A stretch of 62,926 nucleotides of DNA, filler included. It is 4 parts of 4 records of this genome, joined end to end, with 100 filler letters (N's around TTAATTAATTAA, not from the genome) between each part and the next. Parts side by side here need not be neighbours in the genome. Positions count along the whole stretch, not along the records: positions 1 to 18,657 come from SRR31156797_494; 3 more parts are not named here. The stretch is one strand, 5' to 3'. The translations under genes and the position numbers were made by a program. Below, one piece after another: positions 1-11,089 of the stretch (positions are counted from its first letter, which is position 1; the number at the start of each line of letters is the position of its first letter). Under the pieces are notes generated by a model that saw only the letters and a list, made by a program, of their open reading frames with translations, was not told the origin of the DNA and did no database searches.

Positions 1-223
1 TGATGCCTTTGATGGCCGCATCATACGGTATGTGATGACAATTGCCGGTCCCGAACCTGTCCAAAAAAGGTCAGGCGCCCCATTCGATTACGACCATTAC
101 AGTGAAAAGCAGATGGCACCCGTTGCAGATATGGTTTTGCGTTTTTTCCATATGGATTTTCAATCCATCACGAGGGACCAGAATCAACTGAACCTGTTTG
201 ATTCTTGTGGGCATACTGTTTAA
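1..223 (+). CDS. polB: DNA polymerase II (family B), C-terminal fragment running off the window start
   Basis: Frame from nt 2 reads ...IIRYVMTIAGPEPVQKRSGAPFDYDHYSEKQMAPVADMVL...QLNLF. This resembles the E. coli Pol II C-terminus (YVWTTNGPEP...DYEHY...QLGLF), including a beta-clamp-binding motif. Confidence 0.8.
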   Translation, partial: DAFDGRIIRYVMTIAGPEPVQKRSGAPFDYDHYSEKQMAPVADMVLRFFHMDFQSITRDQNQLNLFDSCGHTV

Positions 224-537
224 TGGCAACCCTCCCTCGGTAAAGAAACCCTGACAATTGTGCATCCCAAACAGGGTTCAAAACCAGGGAAGAAGCGAAT
301 GACGATAACGCAAAGGATTTAAGAATAGAATTGATGATACGGGAATTAGCCCGTGTAACAAGAGGACGTATGTAGTGAACTACAAATATCTTTTTGTGAG
401 ATAGCGAATATGGCCGGGATGGCGGTCTCTCAGGTCTTTTGCCCATATCCTTTTTTCGCCGAAAATGTACTGTAATGATATCGAATATCACCCGGGAATC
501 AACCATCTCAAACCTTTTTGGGATCGAGTATGGTGAC

Positions 538-927
538 TCAACTTCGCTGCAGGGGATGATCTTGTGTTCGGCCGTAGGGCGGGTTATCTTCGGCCACGAT
601 TGGCGCTTCATACCGGCCGGCCATTTTTTCCGCCTCTGTCCGGATTTCTTCTCTCAGGGATGCCGGTTCAAGGACCTCGGCCCTTGAACCCCAGGTCATG
701 ATCCAGAACCTGATTTCATCCGTTCCCGCTACTTCAGCCTCAAATATGATGGAACCGTCATCCTGGTTTATGATCCGCTGGGATTCATGCCAGATTTTTT
801 CTTTGATATAACCGGCAACATCCGGATGCAACCAAACCTTTATATATACGGGTTCTCCCTGATACACACCAAAACTCGAACCCGTAAACTTCTCAAGGCT
901 GAAATCCTCGGAGATTTCAAAGGTCTT
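538..927 (-). pseudogene. WYL-domain transcriptional regulator, C-terminal (WCX) part only
   Basis: TFEISEDFSLEKFTGSSFGV...WHESQ...EIRFWIMTWGSRAEVLEPASLREEI is a typical WYL/WCX C-terminus. The HTH and WYL core are absent. Confidence 0.8.
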
Positions 928-1240
928 CAAAAAACTCCTTGAAAGCTATGCCCTGGATGCCATTGACTGGTACGAACCGGACAAAGAACAGAAGGCTCTC
1001 AAAAGCGAAGTCACCAGATTCAGGAAAGCAGCCCTTGCAGCCGGCATTGAAAGTCGCCCATCTGTGGGGTTGGGAACAGATTTCCGCATGGAATCCAAAA
1101 AAGTGACCGGTTTTGCCTTGGCCCTTGATGACCAGCTTCTCCATATCTCGATTTTTTCCAGGGCAGACAGGCAAAGCCGAGATACGGCTGATTCAAGAAT
1201 TAAAAGGTTTTCGAGAAGAAGACGGAATCGAAGAATATAG
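917..1240 (+). pseudogene. ARPP-1/DUF6569 family protein, C-terminal remnant (not in the ORF track)
   Basis: Open frame with no start codon: SKVFKKLLESYALDAIDW...SVGLGTDFRMESKKVTGFALALDDQLLHISIF...RRRRNRRI*. KLLxSYALDA, SVGLGxDxR and LHxSxF are the motifs I recognise for this family. Confidence 0.65.
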
Positions 1241-1460
1241 AGAGAATGGTTAAGCAAATAATCGCGATATAAGAAAGCTCTATTCCGGAATCAATGGGAA
1301 AGTAGCCAACATAAAGCCCGAAAAGCGGTCCTTGGTATCAGTTTTACATTGACTTATACAGTAGCTGGGTGTAGGCAACACTATAAACAATTCATGGGCC
1401 GGATTTCTTCTCAAATACAATGAAGAAAAGAGGATTCGGAATGGTTTTTATCTTAAAAAG

Positions 1461-1507
1461 AACCCCGTTACTCACAAACAGATGGAGAGCGGGGTTTTGT
1501 ATTTTTT
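1461..1507 (+). terminator. Putative intrinsic terminator
   Basis: AACCCCG (1461-1467) pairs with CGGGGTT (1490-1496). It is followed by a T-rich tract and preceded by an A-run. Confidence 0.4.
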
Positions 1508-1539
1508 AGCCGGGCAAACGATAATTGATAGATTTTCTT

Positions 1540-1562
1540 GTTCCCATGCTCCGCGCAGGAAC
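1540..1562. repeat. Degenerate REP-like palindrome
   Basis: GTTCCCATGCTCCGCGCAGGAAC resembles the widespread GTTCCCACGCTCTGCGTGGGAAC-type intergenic palindrome. Single copy here. Confidence 0.35.
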
Positions 1563-1589
1563 GGCTGTTGATAACAACAGGGGGTTGAA

Positions 1590-2780
1590 ATGGCGTTTTT
1601 GCTTGAACCCGTCGTTGAAAACCGTTTCAAGAATTTCAAAGATGTTGACACCTGGTTATCAACCTTTGAGGACAGGCTCGAAAGAGTCCCCATTTTGGAT
1701 TGGCTCGAAAGGGGCGCCCGCTTTTTTGACGATGAATATTTCGGTGATGAAGACCGCTTCCTGCGGTTCAATGAAAGTGGCATTCGAGCACTGGCACAAA
1801 AGCTGAGCCTGCGCTTTGACACTCTGAATCGGGTTGAGCGTCCGGGGCTTGTGACCGAACTCCTAAACGACCTGTTGGTTCAGCATGACATGGTGGAGCG
1901 GTTCGAAAACCAGGAATTTGTAGTAAACACCCGCTCTGAAACTGTGCTTGGAGCTGTCTCCAAATCTTACGTGTTTTATTCCAACCAGGATTTCATTCAA
2001 GACATCCAGGACCTTCTGAGCGGCGGTCAGACAGCGCTTTTTGCCAAAGACAGTCTCGGGAGGTTTCGCTATGTGGACGGATTTTCCGTCAACACTCAGC
2101 TGTTCCTGCGATTTGCGCTCAGGGTTGAAAGCGGTCGCGTGAACGGACCTGGCGGTGAGGGGGAAGACGTCACTGAGATCGGCATACAGTTCAAGAACAG
2201 CATGGTAGGGGATGCGGCGGTGAGTATCCAGTATTTTGTATACCGTCTTCTTTGCGCAAACGGACTCATTGTCCCGGCCAGTGCATCCCACAGCCGCATT
2301 TTTCATTCCGGAAAACGGCAGAATTTCATGAAAAGGATGGAGAGATCGTTTCGGGAAGTGGAACGGAAAATCGGATCCACTGCAACGGCTGTCAAATCTC
2401 TCATGGCCATCGATTTCGATCCCGAATCCCTGGCCCGGACCCAAATGACCCGGCAGGTGCTGAACATCATTCCCGGTGCCAGATCCAGCATCATGGCGAA
2501 ACACGGGATTCCGAGGCGCCACAAAACCCGCATGACCCGGGCGGAACGGATAGCATACGAGGCTTCCATCATCGAATGCATTCCCCGGACCTTTGCCGGA
2601 AAGTTTGCGTCACGGGTTTTCGATTCTCCATACCGGGAAAACGCCACCATGTTCGACTTCATTAACATCTTCACGGAATACGCCCAGGATCAACCCATCC
2701 ACAAACGGTTGGAGATGGAGGAAAGGGCGGGCGCCCTGGCGGACCGGATTGTCAAAAACAAACGGAAATTTGCTTCATAG
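1590..2780 (+). CDS. DUF932-like phage/plasmid protein
   Basis: 396 aa. IQFKNSMVGDAAVSIQYFVYRLLCANGLI matches the NSxxG...RxxCxNG signature of DUF932, and a preceding LGAVSKSY segment also fits. Confidence 0.6.
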   Translation: MAFLLEPVVENRFKNFKDVDTWLSTFEDRLERVPILDWLERGARFFDDEYFGDEDRFLRFNESGIRALAQKLSLRFDTLNRVERPGLVTELLNDLLVQHDMVERFENQEFVVNTRSETVLGAVSKSYVFYSNQDFIQDIQDLLSGGQTALFAKDSLGRFRYVDGFSVNTQLFLRFALRVESGRVNGPGGEGEDVTEIGIQFKNSMVGDAAVSIQYFVYRLLCANGLIVPASASHSRIFHSGKRQNFMKRMERSFREVERKIGSTATAVKSLMAIDFDPESLARTQMTRQVLNIIPGARSSIMAKHGIPRRHKTRMTRAERIAYEASIIECIPRTFAGKFASRVFDSPYRENATMFDFINIFTEYAQDQPIHKRLEMEERAGALADRIVKNKRKFAS

Positions 2781-2902
2781 AAAAAGGTGTAAATGGGAAA
2801 TTCCGGGGATACCATATCTGACTTGGAATTGGACGCTAGTCTGGCCGTGTTGAGAAAAAGGGAAAGTAGTGCGAAATGATGGAAAGATAGGCGGCTGACA
2901 AT

Positions 2903-5417
2903 ATGCGAATCCTGGATAACATAAATACTCTTTGGGGTGATGATTTGAAGCAGACCCTCAAATCAGGAACAAAGCTCAAAATTGCAGCTTCATGCTTTTC
3001 TATTTATGCCTTCGAAGCGCTTAAAAAAGAACTGGAGAAAGTCGATTCCCTTGAATTTATTTTCACTGCCCCGGCCTTTGTTCCCAATGAAGTAACGGAT
3101 AAGGTTTCAAAAGAGCGGCGCGAGTTTCATATACCCAAGCGCCAGCGAGAACTAAATCTGTATGGAAGTGAGTTTGAGATAGAGCTGAAGAATAAACTCA
3201 CACAAAAAGCCATTGCCAAAGAATGCGCCGAGTGGATAAGACGAAAGGCCCGGTTTCGTTCAAACGCCACAAAAGCCCCAATGCAGCAGTTTGCCTGTTT
3301 AAACAAGGGGAATGATGCTATAGCTTACATGCCTCTTCACGGCTTTACAGCCGTTGATCTTGGTTACCAGCAGGGGGATGCTGTTTCAAATTTCATAACC
3401 AAATTTGACGAAGCCCCATCAACCGGGACTTGGCTCAATCTTTTCAATCAAATCTGGCATGATACTCCCAAATTAAAGGATGTCACGGATGCGATCTGTT
3501 CACATATTGAATCTGTGTATAAGGAGAACTCGCCTGAAAAGATATATTTCCTCATGCTCTATAACATCTTCAATGAGTTTCTTGAGGACCTAAATGAAGA
3601 TGTTCTGCCCAACGACCTGACGGGATATAGGAACAGTGCTGTTTGGAATAAACTGTTTAATTTCCAAAGGGATGCGGCTACCGGCATCATCAATAAACTC
3701 GAAAGTTACAATGGCTGTATACTCGCTGACAGCGTTGGTCTTGGAAAAACATTCACAGCGCTGGCGGTTATCAAATATTATGAGCTCCGAAATCGCTCCG
3801 TATTGGTATTGTGCCCGAAAAAGATTGCTGATAACTGGCTCAATTACAATCGAAACCTCAAGACAAATATTCTGACCAAAGACCGCTTGAACTACGATGT
3901 CCTTTGCCATACGGATTTGCAGCGCACCCGTGGCGAATCCTTCGGAACTCCCTTGAATAATGTCAACTGGGGCAACTATGATCTTGTCGTCATTGATGAG
4001 TCTCACAATTTCAGAAACAGTTACGCCTACAAGGACAAAGAGACCCGATACGAAAAATTGATGAACTCTGTTATTCGGGCCGGTGTTAAAACGAAGGTTC
4101 TGATGTTTTCCGCTACGCCCGTCAACAACCGGTTCAATGATCTCAGGAATCAACTGGCATTGGCCTACGAGGGTGAATCTGAACATCTCAGCAGCAAACT
4201 GCGAACCGGAAAAACAGTTGAAGAAATATTCTGTCACGCACAGACCGTTTTTAATTCCTGGTCCAAGCTGCCGGCTGAAGAGCGAACCGCCAGAGCGATT
4301 CTAGATGCCCTTGATTTTGATTTTTTTGAGTTGCTTGACAGCGTCACCATTGCCAGATCCAGAAAGCATATTAAAACCTTTTCCGACACCACGGATATCG
4401 GAGAGTTTCCGGCAAGGCGAAAACCGCTGTCCTTCCGTTGTGCACTGACCGAACACCAGGATGTCATGAATTTTAATGACATCTACACACAATTGTCGCT
4501 TTTGAAATTATCTTTCTATGCGCCGGTCAGCTATATACTCCCGAGCCGCTTGAAAAAATACGAAGCGCTTTATGACACGGCCGTTGGCGGAGGCAAAGGA
4601 AAGTTGCGGCAGGCTGATCGAGAAAAGAGCCTGCAATCGCTCATGACAACCAACCTGCTCAAACGCCTTGAAAGTTCAGTTGAATCGTTCAGGTTGACCC
4701 TTGGTTCCCTCGAAAAAAATCACAAAGGGATTCTGAACAAAATTGAACAGTTCAAGCAATCAGGAACAGACATTTCTATTGATGATCTTGCAGATGCTAT
4801 AGGTGATCTCGAGACGGAAGACGATGATTTGACGGGTCTGGGTGATTTTGTGATTGGAAGTAAGGTTCAGGTGCGCTTGGCTGATATGGGCCTCAATGAT
4901 TTCCGGATGGATCTGCTGAACCATATTAAGAATAATGGGGATTTAGGCCATTTGCCAAACGGGCTTCACGCCATTGTTTCAGCAAACGAAAACATCGGCT
5001 TGAAGCCTGGGGTGATCTTCACCCTCAGGAACAGAAACACGGGCGTCAATATCAATCAGCACAACCGGTTGCACCCTTACTACCTCATTTATATCGGCGA
5101 TGACGGGCAGGTTATCACCGACCACACACAGGTGAAACCGCTTCTGGATTTGGTCAGAACCAGCTGTAAAGGAAGGGAACTGCCCATTACCCCTTATATG
5201 CAGAGCGTTTAACGCTGAAACCGAAGAAGGCAGAAACATGGAGAAATATTCCGATCTTCTAGATCAGGCCATTCGCGGGGTGATCGAGGTAAAAGAAGAT
5301 AAGGATATTGACAGCCTGTTTTCAGGCGTGAACACCACTGCCTTGGTTGACACCATACACGGTCTGGATGATTTTGAGTTGATTTCCTTCCTCGTTGTTA
5401 AGGAGGAAAAGGAATGA
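2903..5417 (+). pseudogene. SNF2-family helicase (type III RM/DUF4391-associated) with an internal deletion and a frameshift
   Basis: Walker A ADSVGLGKT, DESH and SATPVNN are present, but no helicase-C motifs V/VI. The conserved C-terminus (FNAETEEGRNMEKYSDLL...GLDDFELISFLVV) lies in another frame after ~5190 and ends at TGA 5415-5417, overlapping the next ATG. Confidence 0.8.
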
Positions 5418-6076
5418 AGCCGCTGTATAACTTTCCCCAGGCTGCCTTGTTTGGCCGAAAGGTCCCCAAAAACAAGATTTACGAACATGCTGTACCCAGC
5501 GGCAAGGTGAAGGATTCATTTGTTCGGGAAATTGAAAAGATAACCTGGTCCTATAAGCTTTCTCCGGCAACGATCAATCTTCCTGCCAGCGATGGCGTGA
5601 ACGAAATTCAGGTTTTTACCATCAACCTGAGAACCGGGGACCTGTCACCGGAGGTCCTTAATACGATAGACAAAGCGATACCTTTTCCCATTTTTTACGA
5701 ATTCAAGTATGACGGCAGAACCAAGTATGCCATAAGCTACAAGAGACCCAGCGAAGCGGATAAAAGCAAATGGGTGGTCAGTAGTTACTTTCAATCAGAT
5801 TGGGTGAACGATGATTCTCCCGCATCAGACCTCCCTGTGGTCCTAAATATGGGAGCCCTTTATCGATCATTCTTAACGAGCTTGAGTCCACTCCCTTTCA
5901 GGCAAGGGGAAAATCTGGACAATCTGATATCAAGAATTGACCTCTTACGGGTTAAGGAGCGGGAAGCTAAAAAGCTGGAGAACCGGATTAAGAAAGAAAA
6001 ACAGTTCAATCGGCGCGTTGAGCTGAATCGAAAAATGAATTCACTGAAACAGGGAATTGAGGATTTAAAACGCTGA
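5414..6076 (+). CDS. DUF4391 domain protein
   Basis: FGRKVPKNKIY, IDKAIP and a C-terminal KEKQFNRRVELN; usual position between the SNF2 gene and mod. Confidence 0.85.
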   Translation: MKPLYNFPQAALFGRKVPKNKIYEHAVPSGKVKDSFVREIEKITWSYKLSPATINLPASDGVNEIQVFTINLRTGDLSPEVLNTIDKAIPFPIFYEFKYDGRTKYAISYKRPSEADKSKWVVSSYFQSDWVNDDSPASDLPVVLNMGALYRSFLTSLSPLPFRQGENLDNLISRIDLLRVKEREAKKLENRIKKEKQFNRRVELNRKMNSLKQGIEDLKR

Positions 6077-6110
6077 GCAACTGCGGACAGAAAGATACAG
6101 GAGCTTTAGA

Positions 6111-7991
6111 ATGGAAAAATTGAAAATGCGCAGCCCTAACTTTGCAGAAGAGAATATGGAAAAAGTTGCGACTCTGTTTCCGGGTTGTGTAACCGAATCG
6201 ACCGATGAAGACGGCAATCCGAAAAAAGCCATTGACTTTGACCTGCTACGGCAGGAGCTCTCCACCTCGATCGTTGAAGGTCCGCAGGAACGCTACCATC
6301 TCAACTGGCCGGGCAAACGGGAAGCGTTGCTCACAGCTAATGCCCCCATCGCCAAGACGCTTCGCCCGTGCCGTGAAGAAAGCGTGGATTTTGATACGAC
6401 GGAAAACCTCTTTATCGAAGGCGACAATCTGGATGCCCTGAAACTTTTGCAGGAAACCTATCTCGGCAAGGTCAAAATGATCTATATCGATCCTCCGTAT
6501 AATACCGGAAACGATTTTATTTATGCCGATAACTTTGCCAAGTCCGCCGAAGAATACCTGTTGGATTCCGGTCAGAAAGATGAAGAAAGCAACCGCCTTG
6601 TAGCCAACACCGACTCAAATGGCCGCTTCCACTCAGACTGGCTGAGCATGATGTACTCACGGCTGAAGTTGGCAAGGAATCTACTTAAAGATGATGGGGT
6701 TATTTTTATCAGTATAGATGATGGTGAGCAGGCAAATCTGAAAAGGATGTGTGATGAAATTTTTGGAGAAGAGAATTTTATTACCAATTTCATTTGGGAG
6801 AAAAGGACTAATCGTGAGAATCGAAAAGAAGTGTCCTATAGGCATGACAATAATCTCTGCTACATTAAGAATAGAAGCGCAGGCCGTGCTATCAGTCAAC
6901 TACCAATGAATGAAAAAGCTCTTTCAAATTATGGCAATCCTGATGATGATCCTCGTGGCCCATGGAAATCGGACCCTGCAACTGCACAAGCAGGACATGG
7001 GACAAAAAGCCAATTTTATGAGTTAAAAACACCTAGTGGGCGAATTCATCGATTAGAGAGTGGGCGCTGTTGGCTTTATACTGAAGATGTGATGAATGAA
7101 GCGATTAATGATAATCGTATTTGGTTCGGAAAAGATGGAAATGGAGTGCCAAGAGTAAAAACCTACTTGCATGCTAAAGAAAGGGGTTTAACACCAGAGA
7201 GCATCATTTTTGCAAGGGACGGGTCCACTAATGAGGCAGCAAAAAATTCATTGAAAGAACTATTCGATGGAATTGCTGTATTTGAAACTCCTAAGCCGGT
7301 TGACTTAATAAGAATGTTTCTTCAAATGAGTTGCAAAGATGGGTTTGTTTTGGACTTCTTTGCTGGTTCTTCAGTAACAGCCCACGCGGTCATTCAGCTC
7401 AATGCAGAAGACGGCGGTAAGCGTAAGTTCATTATGGTGCAGCTTCCGGAAGTATGCGATGAGAAATCTGAAGCATTTAAATCTGGCTACAAAACAATTG
7501 CCGAAATCAGTAAGAAGCGCATTCGCCGGGCCGGTAAGAAGATTAAAGAAGAAAATGCTAATACGTCACCCGACCTGGATGCTGGCTTCCGCGTTCTCAA
7601 GGTGGATTCCAGCAACATGGCAGATGTCTATTACACTCCCGATTCCGTTGATCAAAAACAGCTAAGCCTTTTGACCGACAACATCAAAGAAAACCGCACT
7701 TCTGAGGACCTGCTTTTCCAGGTCTTGCTCGACTGGGGCGTCGACCTGACTCTGCCGATCACAAAGAAGACCATCGAAGGCCATGAGGTTTTCTTTGTGG
7801 ATGGAAATGCATTGGCCGCCTGCTTTGAAAAAGGCGGTAAAATCACCGAAGACTTCTGCAAAGAGCTTGCCGGGCGCAGACCGCTACGGGTTGTTTTTCG
7901 CGATTCCGGTTTCAAGGACGACAGCGCAAAAATTAACGTCGAGCAGATATTCAAGCTCATGAGCCCGCACACGGATGTGAAAACAATTTAA
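6111..7991 (+). CDS. mod: Type III restriction-modification methyltransferase subunit
   Basis: IEGDNL, IYIDPPYNTG, FETPKP and LDFFAGS motifs. The central target-recognition region is visibly more AT-rich. Confidence 0.95.
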   Translation: MEKLKMRSPNFAEENMEKVATLFPGCVTESTDEDGNPKKAIDFDLLRQELSTSIVEGPQERYHLNWPGKREALLTANAPIAKTLRPCREESVDFDTTENLFIEGDNLDALKLLQETYLGKVKMIYIDPPYNTGNDFIYADNFAKSAEEYLLDSGQKDEESNRLVANTDSNGRFHSDWLSMMYSRLKLARNLLKDDGVIFISIDDGEQANLKRMCDEIFGEENFITNFIWEKRTNRENRKEVSYRHDNNLCYIKNRSAGRAISQLPMNEKALSNYGNPDDDPRGPWKSDPATAQAGHGTKSQFYELKTPSGRIHRLESGRCWLYTEDVMNEAINDNRIWFGKDGNGVPRVKTYLHAKERGLTPESIIFARDGSTNEAAKNSLKELFDGIAVFETPKPVDLIRMFLQMSCKDGFVLDFFAGSSVTAHAVIQLNAEDGGKRKFIMVQLPEVCDEKSEAFKSGYKTIAEISKKRIRRAGKKIKEENANTSPDLDAGFRVLKVDSSNMADVYYTPDSVDQKQLSLLTDNIKENRTSEDLLFQVLLDWGVDLTLPITKKTIEGHEVFFVDGNALAACFEKGGKITEDFCKELAGRRPLRVVFRDSGFKDDSAKINVEQIFKLMSPHTDVKTI

Positions 7992-8003
7992 GGGAGGCCA
8001 CCA

Positions 8004-11000
8004 GTGAAACTCAAGTTTAAAAAACAGGCCTTCCAGACACGCGCCGTTGAATCGGTTGTGGCTTGTTTTAAAGGCCAGCCAAATACTGCAGGAATCAGCT
8101 ATCGTGTTGACCCGGGTGTGGTTAAGGCAAATTTACATGGCTACACACCACAAAAACTTTTTGAAGCGGCCGGCTTCAAGAATGGTGATATCGCTCTGTC
8201 CGAACAGCAGGTCCTTGAAAACCTACAGGAAGCGCAACGGCTCCAAAACCTTCCGCAATCAGGGAATCTGATCAAAACCAAGATATCCTCTTTGAACCTT
8301 GATGTGGAAATGGAAACCGGAACCGGAAAAACCTACTGCTACATCAAAACTATATTTGAGATGAGCAAACGATTCGGCTGGACCAAGTTCATCATTGTGG
8401 TCCCCAGCATCGCCATTCGTGAAGGGGTATACAAATCGCTGGAAATAACGGCGGAGCATTTTCAGGAAACCTACAACAAGAAAGCCAAATTTTTCATCTA
8501 CAATTCAAAGCAGCTCCATAACCTCGAAAGTTTTTCTTCGGATGCCGGAATTAACGTCATGATCATCAATGTTCAGGCATTCAATGCCCGGGGCAAGGAC
8601 AACCGCCGCATCTATGAGGAACTAGATGATTTTCAGAGCCGCCGTCCCATTGATGTGATCAAAGCAAATCGACCAATCCTGATTTTGGATGAGCCCCAAA
8701 AAATGGAAGGCAAAAAAACACTGGATTCCCTCAATGAGTTTAATCCACTGTTTATCCTCCGCTATTCAGCCACACATAAAACCCAGCATAACAAGGTTCA
8801 CAGGTTGGATGCGCTGGATGCCTATAACCAGAAGCTGGTAAAGAAGATTGCCGTCCGGGGTATCTCGGTGAAGGGTCTTTCGGGCACCAATGCCTATCTC
8901 TACCTTGAATCAATCGAAGTATCCAAGCAGGCTCCCGTTGCCAGAATCGAAATTGAAGTCAAACAGAACAGAGGGATTAAGCCGATCATCCGCAAGCTAA
9001 AAAAAGGCGACAATCTTTATGACCATTCAGGTGAGCTGGATCAATACAAAGGCTTTGTCATTTCAGACATCAATGCTGTTACGGATACCGTTGAGTTTAC
9101 AAATGGCCATCATCTGCAGGCCGGAGAAGCAACCGGGGATGTAAATGAGATGGCTCTTCGAAGAATCCAGATACGCGAGGCTATTAAATCCCATTTTGAA
9201 AAGGAACAGGTTCTTTATCATCAGGGCATCAAAGTTTTAACGCTCTTTTTTATCGATGAAGTCGCCAAATACCGTGTTTACACCGATAATGGAGAAGAAG
9301 GCGGTGAGTATGCCAAAATATTTGAAGAGGAATACGAAAATGCTTTGAATGAACTCAAGCAGGATATGTTCCTGCATGAAGGTTACAAAAAGCATCTGGA
9401 CAGCATTCCGGTTAACCGCACCCATAACGGCTACTTTTCCATCGATAAGAAAGGAAAAATGGTTGATGCATTAAAAGCCACAAAGAGTGAACGTGTCGAA
9501 AGTACAGATCAAAGTGCCTATGACTTGATTTTGAAAGACAAAGAACGCCTGCTCTCATTTGAAGAACCGACCCGGTTTATATTTTCTCACTCCGCTCTCC
9601 GTGAAGGATGGGACAACCCGAATGTTTTTGTCATTTGCACTTTGAAGCATAGCGACAACACAATCTCCCGAAGGCAGGAAGTCGGCCGAGGGCTTCGTAT
9701 ATCGGTCAATCAGCTGGGTGACCGGCAGGACGATCCGGCCACCGTTCACCAGACAAATGTTCTGACGGTGGTTGCCAGTGAAAGTTATAAGGATTTTGTC
9801 ACTGCCCTACAGAAAGATATCAGCGAATCACTCTCTGAGCGGCCCCGTGTGGCGGATGTAAAATACTTCACCGGAAAAGTCATGCAGACATCTGAAGGCA
9901 CCGTTGAAGTGACACAGGACATGGCAGAAGGCATTGAATTTTATCTGATTCAGAATGGATATGTTGACCGTAAGAAAAACATTGTCCAAAAATATCATGA
10001 TGTTGTGAAGAATGAAGCGCTTGCTGATCTGCCCGAGGATTTGCAGCCATATAAAGAACAGGTTTTTCAGTTGATTGACAGCGTCTACACCGATGCCAAA
10101 CTGCCTCAAATCGAAAATGATCGTGGTGCCAAGACAAATCCATTAAATGCCAACTTTGAAAAGAAAGAATTCAAGGAGCTCTGGGACAGGATTAACCGTA
10201 AGGCCGCCTATAGCGTTCATTTTGATAGCGCTGAGCTGGTTGATAAATGTATTCAGACGCTCAATAAAGAGCTGCGGGTTACGCCCCTCCAATACACCGT
10301 TCAGCGGGGTGAGCAGGCAGATGGCATCAGCTTCGACCAGATGAAATCGGGTGACAGCTTCAAGTTGAAGGAAACTACCACTGAAAAAAACGCCCACTCG
10401 ATCCACTCTGCGGTGAAGTACGACTTGATTGGCAAAATGGCCGAAAATGTTCAGTTGACCCGAAAAACCGTCACTGATATTTTGTCGGGCATCGAAAAAC
10501 CAGTATTTGCTCAGTTCAAAACCAACCCGGAAAATTTCATTTCCGAAGCGACACGCCTGATTCAGGAGCAAAAAGCGACCGTTATTATCGAGCACCTGAG
10601 CTATGATGCCGTATCCGAAACCCACGACATTGATATTTTCACCGATGGCCAAAGCAAACAGGATTTTAGCAAAGCCGGTGAACCGCTCAAACGCCACATT
10701 TATGATTACGTCATAACCGACTCAAAAAGGGAGCGAACCTTCGTTCAGGAGCTTGATACCAGCTCCGAAGTGGTTGTGTACGCAAAATTGCCAAAAGGCT
10801 TCTCAATCCCCACACCGGTCGGCAACTACAATCCTGACTGGGCCATCTCTTTCAAAGAAGGCTCCGTCAAGCATATCTACTTTGTCGCCGAAACCAAAGG
10901 CTCCATGTCCAGCATGGAACTCCGCGAGATTGAAAAAACAAAGATCGAATGTGCCCGCAAATTTTTCGAGGAAATCAACCGCAAGATTAACCCGGACAAT

Positions 11001-11087
11001 GTGAAATACGACGTGGTGGACAGCTTTGGCAAACTGATTGAAATTGTTGGAGCCGGAGCGGTTTCACCTTTTGGAGGAGCTTGCTGA
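8004..11087 (+). CDS. res: Type III restriction endonuclease subunit
   Basis: [37 protein letters not shown] and the C-terminal nuclease motif YNPDW...VAETKG. GTG start with GGAGG RBS. Confidence 0.95.
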   Translation: MKLKFKKQAFQTRAVESVVACFKGQPNTAGISYRVDPGVVKANLHGYTPQKLFEAAGFKNGDIALSEQQVLENLQEAQRLQNLPQSGNLIKTKISSLNLDVEMETGTGKTYCYIKTIFEMSKRFGWTKFIIVVPSIAIREGVYKSLEITAEHFQETYNKKAKFFIYNSKQLHNLESFSSDAGINVMIINVQAFNARGKDNRRIYEELDDFQSRRPIDVIKANRPILILDEPQKMEGKKTLDSLNEFNPLFILRYSATHKTQHNKVHRLDALDAYNQKLVKKIAVRGISVKGLSGTNAYLYLESIEVSKQAPVARIEIEVKQNRGIKPIIRKLKKGDNLYDHSGELDQYKGFVISDINAVTDTVEFTNGHHLQAGEATGDVNEMALRRIQIREAIKSHFEKEQVLYHQGIKVLTLFFIDEVAKYRVYTDNGEEGGEYAKIFEEEYENALNELKQDMFLHEGYKKHLDSIPVNRTHNGYFSIDKKGKMVDALKATKSERVESTDQSAYDLILKDKERLLSFEEPTRFIFSHSALREGWDNPNVFVICTLKHSDNTISRRQEVGRGLRISVNQLGDRQDDPATVHQTNVLTVVASESYKDFVTALQKDISESLSERPRVADVKYFTGKVMQTSEGTVEVTQDMAEGIEFYLIQNGYVDRKKNIVQKYHDVVKNEALADLPEDLQPYKEQVFQLIDSVYTDAKLPQIENDRGAKTNPLNANFEKKEFKELWDRINRKAAYSVHFDSAELVDKCIQTLNKELRVTPLQYTVQRGEQADGISFDQMKSGDSFKLKETTTEKNAHSIHSAVKYDLIGKMAENVQLTRKTVTDILSGIEKPVFAQFKTNPENFISEATRLIQEQKATVIIEHLSYDAVSETHDIDIFTDGQSKQDFSKAGEPLKRHIYDYVITDSKRERTFVQELDTSSEVVVYAKLPKGFSIPTPVGNYNPDWAISFKEGSVKHIYFVAETKGSMSSMELREIEKTKIECARKFFEEINRKINPDNVKYDVVDSFGKLIEIVGAGAVSPFGGAC

Positions 11088-11089
11088 TA

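Noticed and set aside
168-611. 147-aa minus-strand ORF downstream of the WYL remnant
   Set aside because: It overlaps both polB and WYL, has an implausible composition and shows no family signal.
1863-2674. Several long alternative-frame and antisense ORFs within the DUF932-like gene (and similar shadows inside res, sbcC and the CoA-transferase)
   Set aside because: They overlap well-supported genes and have no recognisable motifs.
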